Source: Marsupella aquatica
Lineage: Eukaryota; Plantae; Marchantiophyta
Direction: 5' to 3'
Assembly: GCA_973895155.1 (NCBI GenBank)
Contig: OZ316893.1
Location: forward strand, 7,712,963-7,776,962
Length of the DNA stretch: 64,000 nt
The notes under the pieces are model-generated. The model had not been told where the DNA came from, did not search any database, and saw only the letters and a list, made by a program, of their open reading frames with translations. Both the position numbers and the translations under genes were made by a program. The first letter of the stretch is position 1; each line of letters opens with the position of its first letter. Below, in pieces: positions 63,517 to 64,000 of this stretch.

Positions 63517-64000
63517 TGTGGTGCGTCCCATGGCTCCCTAAACCCAAGAAACCCCCCAGCTCAAGCCGATTCCCGCAGGTTTCGTGCTTGGCGAGGCCGT
63601 TTCCGCGGCTTAGCGGCATGGGACGCTGCTAACCTTCTACTACTACTATTAACATTTTACACACATATACTGGACAGATCCTTCATCGGGTCATGAGATA
63701 CGTAGTCGGCCTAATCTAGGTCTTCCCCTGTCTTCCCCTCCGTCTTGTTAGGTATGTTTGGATTCCGCCGCCGGAATGATCCCCAATAGGCTTGGTTAAG
63801 CCGCTAAGACCTCTCTCAGCTCGACACATCCAACTCTCACTCCCCTGCTTACTTTCCTTCCTTCTGTTGATGTGGGCACTCTTCACACAAGTTAATGCGA
63901 CACACAAATAGCAAAATGACTCATTCTGACTGAGTCATACCATGCACTTGCCATACAAACAGTACATCTCATACACAAGTTCTGCGAACTAAGCCGTGAG
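63517..64000 (-). repeat. 5' LTR (partial, runs off the window)
   Basis: Matches 52585-53068; adjacent to the PBS and gag start. Confidence 0.95.

Larger units (their letters stand above)
52585..64000 (-). mobile_element. Ty3/gypsy non-chromoviral LTR retrotransposon (Phygy/Athila-like layout) with a 3' extra ORF; extends beyond the window
   Basis: Direct LTRs offset by 10932 bp; order gag-PR-RT-RH-INT; no chromodomain or second RNase H seen; long sense ORF between INT and the 3' LTR. Left flank CTATA (52580-52584) is the candidate 5-bp TSD. Confidence 0.95.

Overview
Eukaryotic plant nuclear DNA, most likely a bryophyte such as a liverwort (inferred from the proteins and transposon types, not proven). 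The left half (1-33 kb) is host-gene territory: an intronless SGS3 (10032-12665, +), a multi-exon gene of unknown function with a repeated WW-x6-CxxCxxHH motif (about 15401-22759, +), and a divergent multi-exon Cullin-1 paralogue (24339-31704, -). The right half (about 35-64 kb) looks like three nested mobile elements. (1) An unidentified element carries several minus-strand genes, including a disabled beta-class N4/N6 DNA-methyltransferase-like gene (40995-43464), plus dispersed AGCGCCNGGCGCT palindromes. (2) It is cut at about 43465 by a Sola2-type DDD DNA transposon with cargo: a PMD-like/coiled-coil/RING-H2 gene, a Cys/His-rich ORF and two AAGGAC/GTCCTT arrays. (3) The Sola2 transposase is split at 52585 by a young non-chromoviral Ty3/gypsy LTR retrotransposon that runs off the window end. 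Its LTRs match over the 484 bp visible, it has a long PMD-like extra ORF, and it carries a candidate -1 ribosomal frameshift signal (G GAU UUU plus H-type pseudoknot) between protease and RT. All family assignments are from motif recognition by eye; no searches were run.
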